The position numbers were made by a program, and so were the translations under genes. From Octopus sinensis (lineage: Eukaryota): a DNA stretch of 64,000 bases. The notes under the pieces were generated by a model. It was not told the DNA's origin. It worked only from the letters and a program-made list of their open reading frames with translations, and made no database searches. This document shows positions 1 to 64,000 of the stretch, in pieces; the stretch's first letter is position 1, and every line of letters starts with the position of its first letter. The stretch lies in contig NC_043003.1 in the NCBI RefSeq assembly GCF_006345805.1, positions 100,130,001-100,194,000 on the forward strand, given 5' to 3'.

Positions 1-63511
<63,511 letters not shown>

Positions 63512-64000
63512 CTAGAAAATAAATGAATTAAAACATTAACAGACATTCCAAAATGAGAATTTAAAACCCAGCACTTAAAGATGCTTTAAAATACCTCAAA
63601 GGTGAGATGTGTGTCTGTGTCCGCATGTGCAAGTGTGTGTATACATACACACAAATATCCATACATGTATTTGTGTGTCCGTGTGGGGAGAGGTTGAAAT
63701 TTAGTTTCCAATAAGGCAGAATTACAGTTAACTATAATTCTATAGAATTTAATTTCCAACAAGAATTTATAAAATTTTAAATAAACTCTCAATAGCAAGA
63801 ATTGTGAAATTTCCTAATCTATATATTTATCTTTCATATCTGGCTGTATTTTTTTTATACCTAAGTAATCACAATTGACCTTGTTACTGGAATACTGACA
63901 ACCAAGTCACAACATTTTTTTCACCATTTTTATGAGTTACCTCAACCTTTCCATTATCACATTAATGCTGAAATGCACTGTCTTGTTTCAATTAATTTTG

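Overview
AT-rich animal genomic DNA. The repeat families look like those of Octopus; this species assignment is an inference from recognised SINE/RTE sequences. The whole window lies inside one large minus-strand gene, SMG1, the PIKK kinase of nonsense-mediated decay. I traced 29 coding exons by hand (63511 down to 1). All have GT-AG boundaries and compatible phases, and together give 4717 nt (about 1572 codons). They cover the HEAT/FAT region up to just before the kinase domain; the start codon and kinase domain lie outside the window. The introns are packed with transposons: mariner/Tc1, hAT and other MITEs, Helitron remnants, RTE, CR1-type, L1/Tx1-type and Penelope-type retroelements, and several SINE families. 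The most striking observation is a ~351-353 bp non-coding tandem repeat at three intronic loci (30.7-31.6 kb, 37.9-41.1 kb, 60.6-61.2 kb). Each complete unit carries a type I hammerhead ribozyme motif (7 copies), and each locus has tandem plus inverted arms. This looks like a cephalopod non-LTR retrozyme family; one locus abuts a Penelope GIY-YIG remnant. Also notable are an ORF1-only (half-L1-like) retroelement with a TSD, and a near-full-length RTE LINE. The RTE has a PHD finger inside its RT region and a 94-bp monomer array at its 5' end, and the whole block is nested in a Tc1 element.
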